Part shown: one piece after another, positions 37,401 through 48,489 of the stretch
How positions within the stretch are numbered: position 1 is the stretch's first letter
How the letters are laid out: every line of letters begins with the position of its first letter
Assembly: GCA_965649825.1 (NCBI GenBank)
Contig: OZ287701.1
Span: 795,101 to 859,100, forward strand
DNA length: 64,000 nt
DNA from: Penicillus capitatus
Lineage: Eukaryota; Plantae; Chlorophyta
Direction: 5' to 3'
The notes under the pieces: model-generated
Told to the model about the DNA's origin: nothing
Databases searched by the model: none
The model's input: the letters and a program-made list of their open reading frames with translations, nothing else
Position numbers and translations under genes: made by a program

Positions 37401-40400
37401 CCTCGGCACATCGCTGAAGCATTAGGTACTCAGAGACATACAGTTCGAATAATTCTTGAGACTCCTGATGACGGACACCGTCGTGTCAAGATACAATGTA
37501 TGTAGCGAGGCTGCCGATACTTGCAGTTGCTTCGATTCGGCTCGAATCTTCACGAGGCAATCGTAACGCACGATCGTGCCATCCTCCAACGTCGCTTCCA
37601 CCGATCCGCTATGGAACTGATCGATGATTCGGTACGCTGGATCGAGATTCGACAGTTCGAGCTCGGCGCCTTCGATCGAAAACGGAGCCGTCTTGAGGAA
37701 AACTTTTCGAAACATCTCCACCTACAGACAAATATCTTCCGACATTCCATCGCCCAAGCCATCCCATCATTACTTTCTCTGAGAAGGCATCACTCCTTCG
37801 ACGGACTTCGATGGCCTCAGACTGCTGAAGGGGTGCCAACTGCTCTCTCCTTTGGTACATCCGCTTCTTCACGCCTTTCCAGACAAGTGGCGCCTCTTCC
37901 AGCTGTTTTAGGACGGAATCGTCCAAGGTGATGTTGAATCCGTTCAGCAGATCCACTGTCTGCTGCAGAGGCTGAAACATCGCGTCTGTTCTGTCGGATC
38001 GCTTGCGAATGTCTCGCATACAAGACATCAACGCATAGAGTGTGCTTTCCTCATCTTCATCCTCCTACACATGGCATAGACTGTGTGACTGATTCTATGT
38101 ACACTGAGTGCTTCTGTTACTTCCTCCTCTTCCTCTTTCTCGACCGGTTCATCGTCGGATCGCGTTTCTTTCATCTAAGCGTTAAGCATAGCGGTATCAG
38201 GAAACAGACGTCAAATATAGCGAAAGGGAATCAACACCTGTCTTCCCAGAATGCGCGTACTGCTGTCCATGAATTCGTAGAGCTCTGTCATACTGTTAAT
38301 GACTTTGTCTTCGAGGTAGTGTGTAAACAGGTAGACCCATTTCGAAGCCCATGTCGACAATGAGCTCTTTAGCGGTTTGGCATCCACCTGCATGGGCCAC
38401 ACACAGGTATTGAACGGGAAGGTGCTCTCTTCGTCGTACCTGAATCCAACCAATGTCGCCTGTCGTTGGCAGAGCTTCGATCTCTTTCTCGACCTTCTTG
38501 TATTTCAGAATCTCCGATTCGAACTTTTCGAGAGTGGGATCATCTTTGGAACCATCTTCTAAGCATTGAGCACGTTCTTCGAGAAACGCCTACACATCGT
38601 ATTCTCTAAGGAGAATCTGTCGTCTGCTTTCTTTGCCTCTAAGGTGCTGTTCAGATCCTGAGTCCATAGGTAGCTGTAGTCAAGAAACTGTTGTCGAAAG
38701 GCGGCGCATGTGCTTTCGTTGCCGATGACCAATTCCTGCAGCGCAGAGATCTCGTCAGAGATTTCGTAGTCTTCTTCGAGTTCCTTGGCGTAATTGCCTT
38801 CGCCAATGTCCAATCTACATACAACGCGCTGCACTTCTAAATCGCCCCGACCTTTGAGTCATACCTCTTCATCAGATTTCCAACTTCCATGAAACGGCCG
38901 AGCCATTTGGCAATCATTCCACGTACGCCTTTCTCTCCCAAGTCCGGTTGCGAGACGATCTCAGGCGTCATGAGCATCAGTTCCGTACGAATCAATGGAC
39001 GCAGTTCTTGTTTCGCGATCGACTCTGGGTCAATCTGCGATCTGAGGTACTTCAACGACGCCACGATGGAATTGGCGAATCCGGCGATCACGATGTCAGA
39101 GATGTAGTTTACATAGGCCTTCCATGACGCCGTCGCTTTGCCCACCTGTCACCCTCCCTCGCCACCGCATCCTTTAGTCGATGCCGAACCTTGAGCGTGC
39201 GATTTGAGTTGGAGAGGAGTTTGACCAGCTGCTTTCCGCCCTCTTGGATTTCCCGATGGCGTTGTGAGACCATTGAAGAGAAAGACTCTTCGAGCTCTCT
39301 TGCCTGATACGTCTTGCTCTCTTTTCTCTCAAAGAGTAGACTCGATTCCCAATTCGACAAAATCGAACGCATCTCATCGACGTTTCCTTTTACCGTACCC
39401 AGTACCGAATCTACATCTTTTATGGCGGCCATGACCTAAAGGAGGACCTGTTGTCTAAGAGAGAGTGGAATGATGGATCGGAACTTCGTGAATGTAATCG
39501 TCCAGCGATTCCGAATTCCATGTCAGATCATTGCGTCCCTTGTCCAAGAGAACGCGACAAGTGTCGAGCTTCCCGCCGAGTAGCGGTTTCTCAACGGGCA
39601 AAAGGGTACTCAGTACTTTATTCCACATCGCAACGATCAGATCGAGATTTCCGATTTGCTGTCGGAACCGATCGCTCTGAAGCGCACCGTCGAATCACGA
39701 TCACGTTACGATGGTGTCTACTTGTTGAAAGAGAAGTGTTGCCTGTTGGGGAATGCGATCAACTTTAAGCGAGAGCAGATACTTTGTCTCCCGCAAGAGA
39801 AGGACGAGTTTCGGATCGAAATTCACGCGAAGCAGATCGAGACCGGTCTCTCCTTTGGCTAGATCATCGATCGCCACGACAGATTGCTGCAGTTTCTCAG
39901 ACGACGTCAACTCCACCTGTAGACAACGTAGCCGAACGATCGACGTCTTTGTCGTAGATCGAGAGACCTTGGAACACCACGCGTCGATTTTCTCTTTCTC
40001 GTAGAGCTGCATCGAAGCGATGAGCTCATCGCACACGCGAAGGATTTTCTGTCCCTCTTCGGTATTGAGGTACTTCGCGTCCATCGCCCGGACGCGATTG
40101 AGTGGCTCGGATAATCGCTCGACCAACGATCTGCACCGATCGTACGCGATCGTCTGCTACGTCCGTCGCTTATAAAGCGGCGCGTACCTGACCCAGGCAA
40201 CAGCTCCGGCATAGGGTGGGCTGTTTTTATTGATCGGCGGGTTTTCTTTCGATCGCATGAACATGTTTCTCACACAGTAGACGTCCTCTCCAAAAAGTGT
40301 GATGATGTGACGGATCTTCGGATCGACGACGTCGGCAATGATGCTTCTCTCCAGCAAACCTATCATCACACAACAACTCCCTTTTCATCGAGCGCGATTG

Positions 40401-42367
40401 ACGAAAATTCACTGTCGAGCAAGTCCTGATACTTAAACGCCTGGATAACAGTAGTGCAATCGTCAAATGCCTACAGACCGATCATCATCTGCGAGAGCCG
40501 CCTTGAGTGAGACCTGCTTACCTTGACGATCACAGCACCCAATCTTCGTTCCAATTTGCTAACGGCCGTCTGAAAAAGGCGAAAATCCGAATCGAACGCT
40601 TCAGCCGGCGCCATGAGGACATCGTATTCGACGCGTTGAAAAATCTCCATCTGTTTGTTGAAATCGTTCATGATATTCTTGACGGTGGCGGTTAAGGATC
40701 TCCCTCGTGTCCCGCCAATTTCCACTCTCTCTAACTTCCCGAACTGTGTGAGAGACACATCGGCAATGGACTCCATCTACCATGTGTGTACTTGCAGACA
40801 GGTGAGTTCGAGGTCCATCATGTGTTTGCAGCGTTTCTCAAATGCATTGAGTCTCCAGTAGAGCACCGTGTTCAAGAAATTCCATGGCTTCTCTGGACAT
40901 CGCTCTCTGCTCTTTTGTTTATACTCTTCGTAGACATCCTTGAAATAGACCACTACTTTCATGACCGTCTTTAGCTTATCGGTAGCTTCTTGCGCCTCCA
41001 TCTGTAGCAACTCCTCGCCAGGGAGAAACTTACAGGCCTGCGAAAAGAGCGTTTGTGCATTGTCGTCGATCACGGCTGAGAAATTGCCTGCATGATCAGG
41101 TCGTTGCAGATTTCGTTGATCAAAGAGACGACTCTCTGAGTTCCATAGTACTTGGAATGGATCCAGATGAGGAGTATAGAATGAAAGATCGGTCGAAAGA
41201 GACCCAAAAGACCTGAGAAATCGTCCATCAGATTCAGCTTCTCAAAGAAACGCGTGGGCGGTTTGAGCATCTTTGCGATCTCCGTTGCCTTCTCGCGCTC
41301 CTTGACGAGATGCGCGATCAACTTCTCGAACGCATTCGAGTACGTGCTCTTCACACTTTTCAACAAAGCGATGACCTGATCGACGCGAAACACCATCGAT
41401 GCTGCGATTCGCAAAACAGGTCTCACTCGAGAGATCTCCGTCCCCGTGATCTGCGTATAGAGTGCATCGAGGTTGGCAGCGCGATCGGTCCAGAACTGCA
41501 CTTCGACTAACGGACCTGGCGCCGACGGATCCTCCTAAGGCCACGCTGTCGAGACGGATTCCGTTTGGCAATGGTGCCGACTTTGAGAGCGGCGTCCGGA
41601 TCCGCCATCAAGACGCTCTTGATCTGGCGCGACCACGTGACGACGGAATCTTCCAGAATGTGAATCTTCTCTTTCGACGTGCTTTTGTCGCCTTCTGCGA
41701 CGACCGGCAGTGGCAAGACGGTCTGTCCTCTTGTGTTTCCAATCATCACTGAAACTGCAACGTCCAAACATCACCTCCATCGCCCCATTCTCTCCCCCGT
41801 CTTACTGTCGGAAATGTGCTTGTGGAGATTCTGCGTGACCTCTTTCGCGACGAACTTCGGTAAACCTTTCTGGTTCGACGGTTTGCTGAGGAGAGGTAGA
41901 TAGATCTTTTCCATCAGGACTTTTAGCTGCTCCAAAGGAGTGTCGCTGAGGTCAAGCGTCGTCACCTGCACCGCGCCCAGCGTTGCTATCTACTGCACGG
42001 CACACAGAAAGAGACGCTCACGTGCTGCACCATGTTGTCCTTGTCGAGTTTCGTGTCGGCGTGTTTGACGAAGTAAACGGCTTTCGATTTGTACTTAGCC
42101 GGTGGTTTGTTGACGGCTTTGAGTTCTTTGCCTTCCGAGTAAACCATCAGCGACTTCACATCTGGATCGTCCAGAAAGTTCAGCACCGCCTCGCTACATA
42201 GAGCAAAACGCATCTCGCACGATCGTCTCGAAATCGCCCGCCGCCACGCACTTCGAATCCCCTTGGAGAATTCGACGAAACGTGTCTTCGTTGACATTGA
42301 GCGACGACTGGACGCGACATTGAAGCCAGTCGTGGCGAATGTCTTTAGCGATATCGGCGGCGGCCAT
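25425..42367 (-). CDS. ODA4: Axonemal outer-arm dynein heavy chain beta (ODA4/DHC14, DNAH9/11/17-like), about 4500 aa, about 65 introns
   Basis: The start [23 protein letters not shown] leads into a DHC_N1-type tail with no kelch repeats. P-loops are [28 protein letters not shown] and [10 protein letters not shown], with [29 protein letters not shown]|MDDNK, and the C-terminus [45 protein letters not shown]. The junctions I traced by hand all splice in phase with no frameshift. Confidence 0.96.
35191..35214. repeat. Perfect 24-bp palindrome CGATCGTCGCGATCGCGACGATCG inside a GC-AG dynein intron
   Basis: The first 12 nt are the exact reverse complement of the last 12. It is centred on GCGATCGC and lies in intron 35150-35225. 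Confidence 0.92.
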
Positions 42368-43090
42368 GGGCGCAACGCTCGAGCGTGAGATGTCGATGTA
42401 GATCTCAACAAAGACGTCAAACCCGGAAGATGATGCACAAAGTCAATGCCATGACCATCGACGACGTCATGGACCTTAATTCCGCCCTGTCCATTCTCCT
42501 CTCTTAAGGCAAAGCCCATCGACATCTGTTGTCACTCGATCGGCGCGCGATCGGCGCGATGACGACGACTTCTCGTGGTTTAAATGGCTCAGATTGTTGT
42601 TAAAGAAAGAAGTGGCCATGTCTATGGCCTTCTCCTAGGATTGGAATGCTTAGCAGCATTATCTGTTAACCCACATGTTGCAAACAGTTTACATCCGACA
42701 TATCACGCAAAGAGATATTCATCGGCACTGCAATCTCATTGCAGAAATGCAGCAGATGCAGAAACTGCCTGTCAATTAAGAGGCTTTCCACCTCAGAGAG
42801 CTTTCGAACACCTGAAGCTGCAATCATCAACAAAATAAACGACTACTGTTGGACTGTTGGCCACGTCTTCGAATCTCTATTTCGAAAGAGACTTGTGTCA
42901 CTGAAGTAAGATTCGGTTAAGCCAAAGAAATAAAACCAGTGTCGAGTACAACAACGACAACGACGGAACGCATGCCCTTTTCGTTCCAATCCCCACAAAC
43001 GATCGCCACGCGATCACAATGGACACGCCTAAAGCTATCTGTACATACCATCGTGACCAGTAAGTATACCATCTAGAGCAACTGAGTGGC

Positions 43091-43108
43091 GGCTGGCTGG
43101 CTGGCTGG
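43091..43108. repeat. (GGCT)4.5 microsatellite
   Basis: ggctggctggctggctgg, read directly. Confidence 0.8.
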
Positions 43109-43233
43109 TTCTGAGTCTTTCACCATAGACAGTTAGACGGCAAATACATGCATAGGACTAAGTCACGAGATGCTTGCTGTTTCATTCGATATCTTCGCGA
43201 CGGACATAGTATAGAAGAAGGGTCATCTATCTT

Positions 43234-43569
43234 TCAAGTCCTCCGGCCTCCATGACTCGCTTGCCATCGCATCGTTGCCAGCGCGAGTCCCGAGTGTGCG
43301 TCCGTGGTGACGCGCGTGGATGTAGATGGCATTCGAATTTTGCTGCTGCTTGGATGTTTTGGTATGGTTCTCGGCCTTATGGGAGAAGATGGAGGGTCGA
43401 CGTTTTCTTTTGATGTGATGCTTTTCGTTTGACGCGGCAACGAATGGACATTCTCCTCTGTGTCTTTCTTCGGCTTCGACGGTTCAAATGCGAGCGACGT
43501 GGTTTTGCTCGGTAGCGCCCAACTGCTTTGCTGCGGACGGAAAGACGGAGGCTTCGGAATACGAGACAT
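43234..43569 (-). CDS. Small basic, Ser/Pro-rich disordered protein (about 110 aa) with an N-terminal SxIP motif and a KEN box
   Basis: ATG-initiated ORF MSRIPKPPSFRPQQSS..TSKENVDPPSSPIRPRTIPKHPSSSKIRMP.. with a low-complexity S/P/K/R composition. The 3' end may be spliced (possible intron GTCACC..GGCAAG). Confidence 0.45.
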   Translation of the reverse strand: MSRIPKPPSFRPQQSSWALPSKTTSLAFEPSKPKKDTEENVHSLPRQTKSITSKENVDPPSSPIRPRTIPKHPSSSKIRMPSTSTRVTTDAHSGLALATMRWQASHGGRRT

Positions 43570-44119
43570 CTAAAATAAAATCAAACGAACAGCGCAGATG
43601 AGCAACGCCAAGACACGCTGACAAAGACAGCCGTGGTTTTCAACCGCACGTACCAACAGCTGAATATGATGACCGCATGTTTTGGACGCAAAGAGACGGA
43701 GAGTAAAGAGGGACGGTGTTGCGTCGCTGCGCTGCGCCGACGGTCTAAAAAGACGGCGGAGAAAAAGGCGTAGCACGACAGGACGCGTTTTGAAGGTACA
43801 TTTGGACGATGCCGCGTGCGTCGGTTTTCTAACCGGACACGTCCGCGTTAGAGGTAGAGATTGCGGGTAACTCAGCTGTAAGAACAGAAGTCTGTCCTGT
43901 CCAAGTCCCATCATAAACTGTCCTCTTCTGCGTATGCGTAGATGTGACCTTTCGCCGAAGTCTTAGCCGATATGAGGGGTTTTTTTGAATTATGTGCAGA
44001 CGAGCGGTGCGGACGGTGACTCCCAAGCGCATGTCTGGTGGCGATCGCTGGTCGGAAGTCCTGCGCGGATCGTGACGCGGACGATGTGACATGATCCACA
44101 TCTGAAAAAACCGGTTACG

Positions 44120-44372
44120 AACGGTAGGCCGTTGACAGAGGAGGAGCTCCCTTGTGGCCCCATACCTAAAAAACGGTTAATTATCTGCTTACAGGCAGTT
44201 CGTTTATTGTTCTGGCCGCCAGTTCCGTTTCCTGTTCATCGCTCACCGCCATGTCATCTTAGGGTCTCTCACACATTCTCACACTTTGGATGGTGACAGT
44301 GTTCTATGATCAGATGTGTGACATGTCGACCGTTCGTGAAGTAATTGTTACGGGAAGTGTGAAGCTCAACGG
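44120..44372. promoter_or_regulatory. Cluster of six AACGG/CCGTT (MSA-core/MYB-like) elements
   Basis: AACGG occurs at 44120, 44172 and 44368, and CCGTT at 44129, 44225 and 44330. About 0.5 copies would be expected by chance in 250 bp. The function is inferred. Confidence 0.3.
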
Positions 44373-44432
44373 AATGCTCAATTGAGCAGTGCAGATCTTC
44401 TGACAGCCTTCTATTTTGTTTCTTCCAGCCTT

Positions 44433-45342
44433 TCAGATTCTTTCACTCCACAAAACCTGAAAGGCGTTATTGAAAGCCACTCCCTCATCCAACGTCTGAT
44501 TCTCTTCCATCAGGATACCGCGGAAGGGTAAGAACTGGAGCTCGTTATCGACGTGCCTGTCCTGACAAGGCCCAGTTGTGAAGGGCATAGAGAGTGTTCA
44601 CATACAGGCCGAGTTACCGTCGACCAAAAGTCCACTGCATCGAGACGTCTGTCTCCCTAGAAGAGATCTTCAGTTGAATGACCAGAATGAGATATATAGC
44701 ATCTGCTTTCCTGTTCTGCTGAGGCAAAAGCATCATCTATTTAAGGTATCTTACCGACATTTTACTGTCGCCATTCCCTGGATCAAACATTTGCTTTGAC
44801 GGGCAGGCGAGATCTTGAAGTGTGGTCTTCATAGATGTGTCTGATGTCATTGATCGGGGCGTTAGGGTTTCATCGACGGTTGAGAAATAAATAACCCAAC
44901 CGATGGGACTTTCTAACTCTAAAATCCCCAGCCGGTTCTGTGCATCGCTGTTTTCTGGGAACGACGCGCTTGCCAAATGATGCCTGTTAAGAGACCCAAT
45001 GAAAGAGATCAGCCAACTGCCATTCAGCCAGTATTATTTCCAAATAACCTTCAGTAAATAAAAAACCTGTGACATCTTTCAACAATCGTCACTTTGAAGT
45101 GTGCTAATGTTTGATCCCATCTTCATCGATAAGTAGAAAAGACTGGCGAATGAACTCTCTTTGTATGTCGACAGGTCGCGGAGGATTGGCGCTTTGGAGT
45201 ATCGTGTTTCCATTTGTCTGCGTTCATTGAAGGTGATGCCGAAGGCAGTATCGGCTGACTGCTGACACTTGTATCTTCTGTAACAGATCTCAGTTATTAT
45301 TATGCCCTGCTGATCTTGCGCCAAGACGCAGATCCAAGACAA
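44433..45342 (-). CDS. Possible lineage-specific or decayed gene
   Basis: Three short protein-like frames (RYKCQQSADTAFGITFNERR..; NRLGILELESPIGWVIYF..; DRHVDNELQFLPFRGILMEENQTLDEGVAFNNAFQVLWSERI) lie on the same strand. I did not obtain a full model. Confidence 0.2.
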
Positions 45343-45569
45343 TAGAGAATGGAGTCATCGGCACAGCGATGGTGGTGACATGACGTGAACATCTCATGTC
45401 CACAAAAAACGGTTAAGCTTCGCTGACGAGGCAAGACCAAATGGCGGCGCCTACCAAAACTCTATCCGTCGTGGAGTTTTAAGCGCCGTCATTTGCACCG
45501 TGCAGTCGCTTTTGCTCGCTTCGACTTTTGTTTCCCTTTCCTCTGGTTGCCGTTGTTTCGTCTGACAAC

Positions 45570-46705
45570 ATGAAACTTCTCTGGGTTTTGCTTTTTGTCT
45601 GTCTTGCCTCAGTGAAGGCAGATATAGGCGACGAAGGGTCAGAGGTCGGCGTTAGGTGCTCCGCCTTTGCAGCCCTGAAGATTCGAACAGTCGGCACTGC
45701 CAAGTGCAAGGGGCAAGCCGGAGCTGACTGCGCCGTAAGATCTCTCCCGTCGGTGCTCATGGGATGAGTGTATGTCTGTTCGGTGCAGGCCGTTGCCAGT
45801 TCACAGAGCGAATTCCGCGAGGCTTATGCCGAATGGTTCAACGACGAGGGAACGTGCGACGGCGCCAAACTCGAGGTCGCCGCAGAAGCCATCGCCACGG
45901 CGTGCGCCGCCGGTAGGATCCTTCAGTTCCCGAAACGGGCCTCGGACAATCCTGTGCGCAGTGTACGCGAAGACGTTCTCCAAGGTTACCTGCGAGGGAG
46001 AAGGAGCTTTTGCCTGCGGCTATGCCATTAGTGACGGTGCCGGCTTCGCGAACGCTTTGGCGAGAGCGTCTGCCCAAGCCGTTGTCGACGCGAGTACTGA
46101 GAAGGCAGATGCTTTCTGCTACTCGGATGTTTCGGCCGTCGCCGGCGCATTAGCCAATGCGGCCGCCTCGGCGAGATCTGCCGCCTGCGTCAAGGGCACC
46201 GGCTCCGAGGAAGACTTCCAGGAGGCTTTCGTCGAATCCGTCTCTCAAGCTTATGCCAACGCTTTCGCCTCCGCCGTCGCCAAGTCTTGCAGCGGTATGA
46301 CCGATCCCCTTTCGAAACGCCGCCTTCACATCACATGCCTGTCTTAGAGACGGGAGCAGCGGCAGCTTCGTCTCTCTGCTCGGGTGAGGCTGAAGGCAAG
46401 ACCGTCGGAGAGGTCAGACAAGAAGCAACCGAGAAAGCCAAGGCTGCGGGCGAGGCGAAGGAGACTCCCCTCTGCTGCAAGGACATGGATAAATGCTGTG
46501 CACCTGGCTTTGGCAAACGCATCTGCGAAGTCGAGTCAAAGTATGCCACATCTTTTTTTGTTTCTGTTGCCCATCTTCTCCTGTTTGCTGCAGAGAATGC
46601 GGTGGAATGTGGGTGATGAGACACGTCGATGGAGTCAATGTCTGGCAGAGCCGTGAAGAGTATGGCGATTGCTTGTGCCTCAAGCAAAAAATTGTTGCTA
46701 CCTGA
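45570..46705 (+). CDS. Secreted alanine-rich protein with regularly spaced cysteines and a Cys-rich C-terminal module; unknown family
   Basis: A signal peptide MKLLWVLLFVCLASVKA is followed by five exons joined by short GT-AG introns, with repeated A-x-A-x-A runs (AAEAIATACAA, ANALARASAQA, ANAAASARSAAC, ANAFASAVAKSC). The tail is CCKDMDKCCAPGFGKRICEVESK|ECGGMWVMRHVDGVNVWQSREEYGDCLCLKQKIVAT-TGA. Confidence 0.82.
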
Positions 46706-47882
46706 ATTGCCAGATCGACACTCTCTATTCGATAGCAGCATTTTTTCTTTCTGCCCTTTCCTTAACAGACACTTCTCCTGCTTTCCGCTCAATATCAATC
46801 CGACAACACCAATTTTCCTGCAGTGCGTCCGTTCCATTTGGTCTTTCCCGTCTGTGATGTTACACTTTCGGTTTGCTTCACTTCGATGATGCCAAACCTT
46901 TGGAGAACACAGCAAAGCAGGGTTGATGGATATTTTAACGGATTTACGAATCATAAGTGGTGTGTTACAGATTTGGTGTCCACATACACGATGCGTACTT
47001 TTCCCTGTTGTTAAGGAGCAACGTTCAATCAGGTCGATTCCATCAGCCCCTCAATGATGACATTTTTTCTGCGAAAAAACGCGGAAGGAAACTCAATGAG
47101 ATTGATTCTATACAACGGAAATGTACCAAGAATGAAGAGAAGACTGACCAGACGTCATCGCCTTTTATCGTCACTACAACGAAGAGATACTGCCAAAAAC
47201 TTAAGATCTTAACAGCAGAAAAACGGTGTACAGGGAAGACGTCTCCAGAACTCCAAAAGCTGCAGGTGGTCATAGAATACTTTATTCGCAGTTTCGTGCC
47301 TGGCATGATGATTGTCGACTTCACATTGTCTATCTGGACGAAAAAGTGAGGAAGGCCTAAGACCGTCCCTCACATTCATGTTTCAGCATATAATGATCAG
47401 CTCATCTATAATGAAGAAAACGAGGATATGCGTAAGTAGGGAATCGGGAAGAGAATGCTTTTACGAGCTCCAAGCGCAAACGATTAGATTCATTTGAGTA
47501 CGTGTCACCCCCACAGCTGCCCATATTGGGACGTACGTCTAATAATAATGTCGCAAACAACAACCAACAACAAACAACAACTATGTAACCCGTGTCTTGT
47601 CCGAAAGTGTTCTGATGTGCTTTCTGTCTAGCAACGTAAATAAAATAGGAACAAAAGACAAACTGCCTGATTCACCGCCAGTCGTCTGACTTTGCCCAGC
47701 GCGACAGAATCTCTCTGGATTCTTGTGCGAGTTCAATCGTATGCGATGTTATATATGTCTACACCCCTGGCCAAAAAGACCATATACGGCGTTAGCTTGT
47801 TCTTCTGTTAAATGCCGAGTCCATAGATATATTGCCCATCAGCTTCCTACCAAACGGACCTGGACAGCAGACCACCACAGCG

Positions 47883-48390
47883 CTAATGCTGATACGGAGC
47901 ACAGTCGGCGAACGCACTTTGAGCTGCTTTTCCAGATTTGACAGTCATGTTGAGAAGCTCTTCTATTCCTGCATCGTTCGCTACACCACATTTCAGCATA
48001 AGTAGTTCCTTCAACGCTCGATTTTCCAATTCCAGTGCAGCCATCCTCTTAAGACATATCTTCAATTCTTCCTGAAGGGGCGTCTCCAAATTCGTTGTCG
48101 ATTTCTCTGCGAGTTCTTTCATCCAGGGGCTGAAGCTCGAGGTTCGCTCGAAGACGGAAGACGATGAATCGTGATCAGCTCCATCACTTGATTCGTCATC
48201 CTCCGTTTCGGGACTCGAATGCCATTCCCCATGAAAATAACACTTCTTTCTTTGTTGGGCAGCATCCATTGGAGAATCCGTCATGTTCTCTCGACTCGTC
48301 GGCTGTCCAATACATACCCCTTTGGCTAATTTTCGTGCACCTCTTTTCAACACATGCTGACATTTCTGACTCGTTCTTGACTTCGTCCAT
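47883..48390 (-). CDS. Hypothetical protein with an acidic/Ser-rich segment and a short coiled coil
   Basis: The 188-codon open frame contains SPETEDDESSDGADHDSSSS and LQEELKICLKRMAALELENRALKELL. The start and exon structure are uncertain. Confidence 0.4.
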
Positions 48391-48489
48391 GAAGTGGGCT
48401 GTGCACTTCGCTTGGATGCACAGCGTGACTGACAGCGCATGAAAGACAACTCCTCTAATAGTCTATCCGCTCGACCTGTAGCTTCGTCA

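Noticed and set aside
25425-42367. Active introner (transposon-derived intron) family
   Set aside because: The introns inspected share no recognisable sequence similarity. Only two show 4-5 nt terminal inverted matches (about 27300 and 32420), which can be chance.
25425-42367. Dynein alpha heavy chain identity
   Set aside because: The N-terminus has a DHC_N1-type tail and no kelch repeats, which fits the beta chain.
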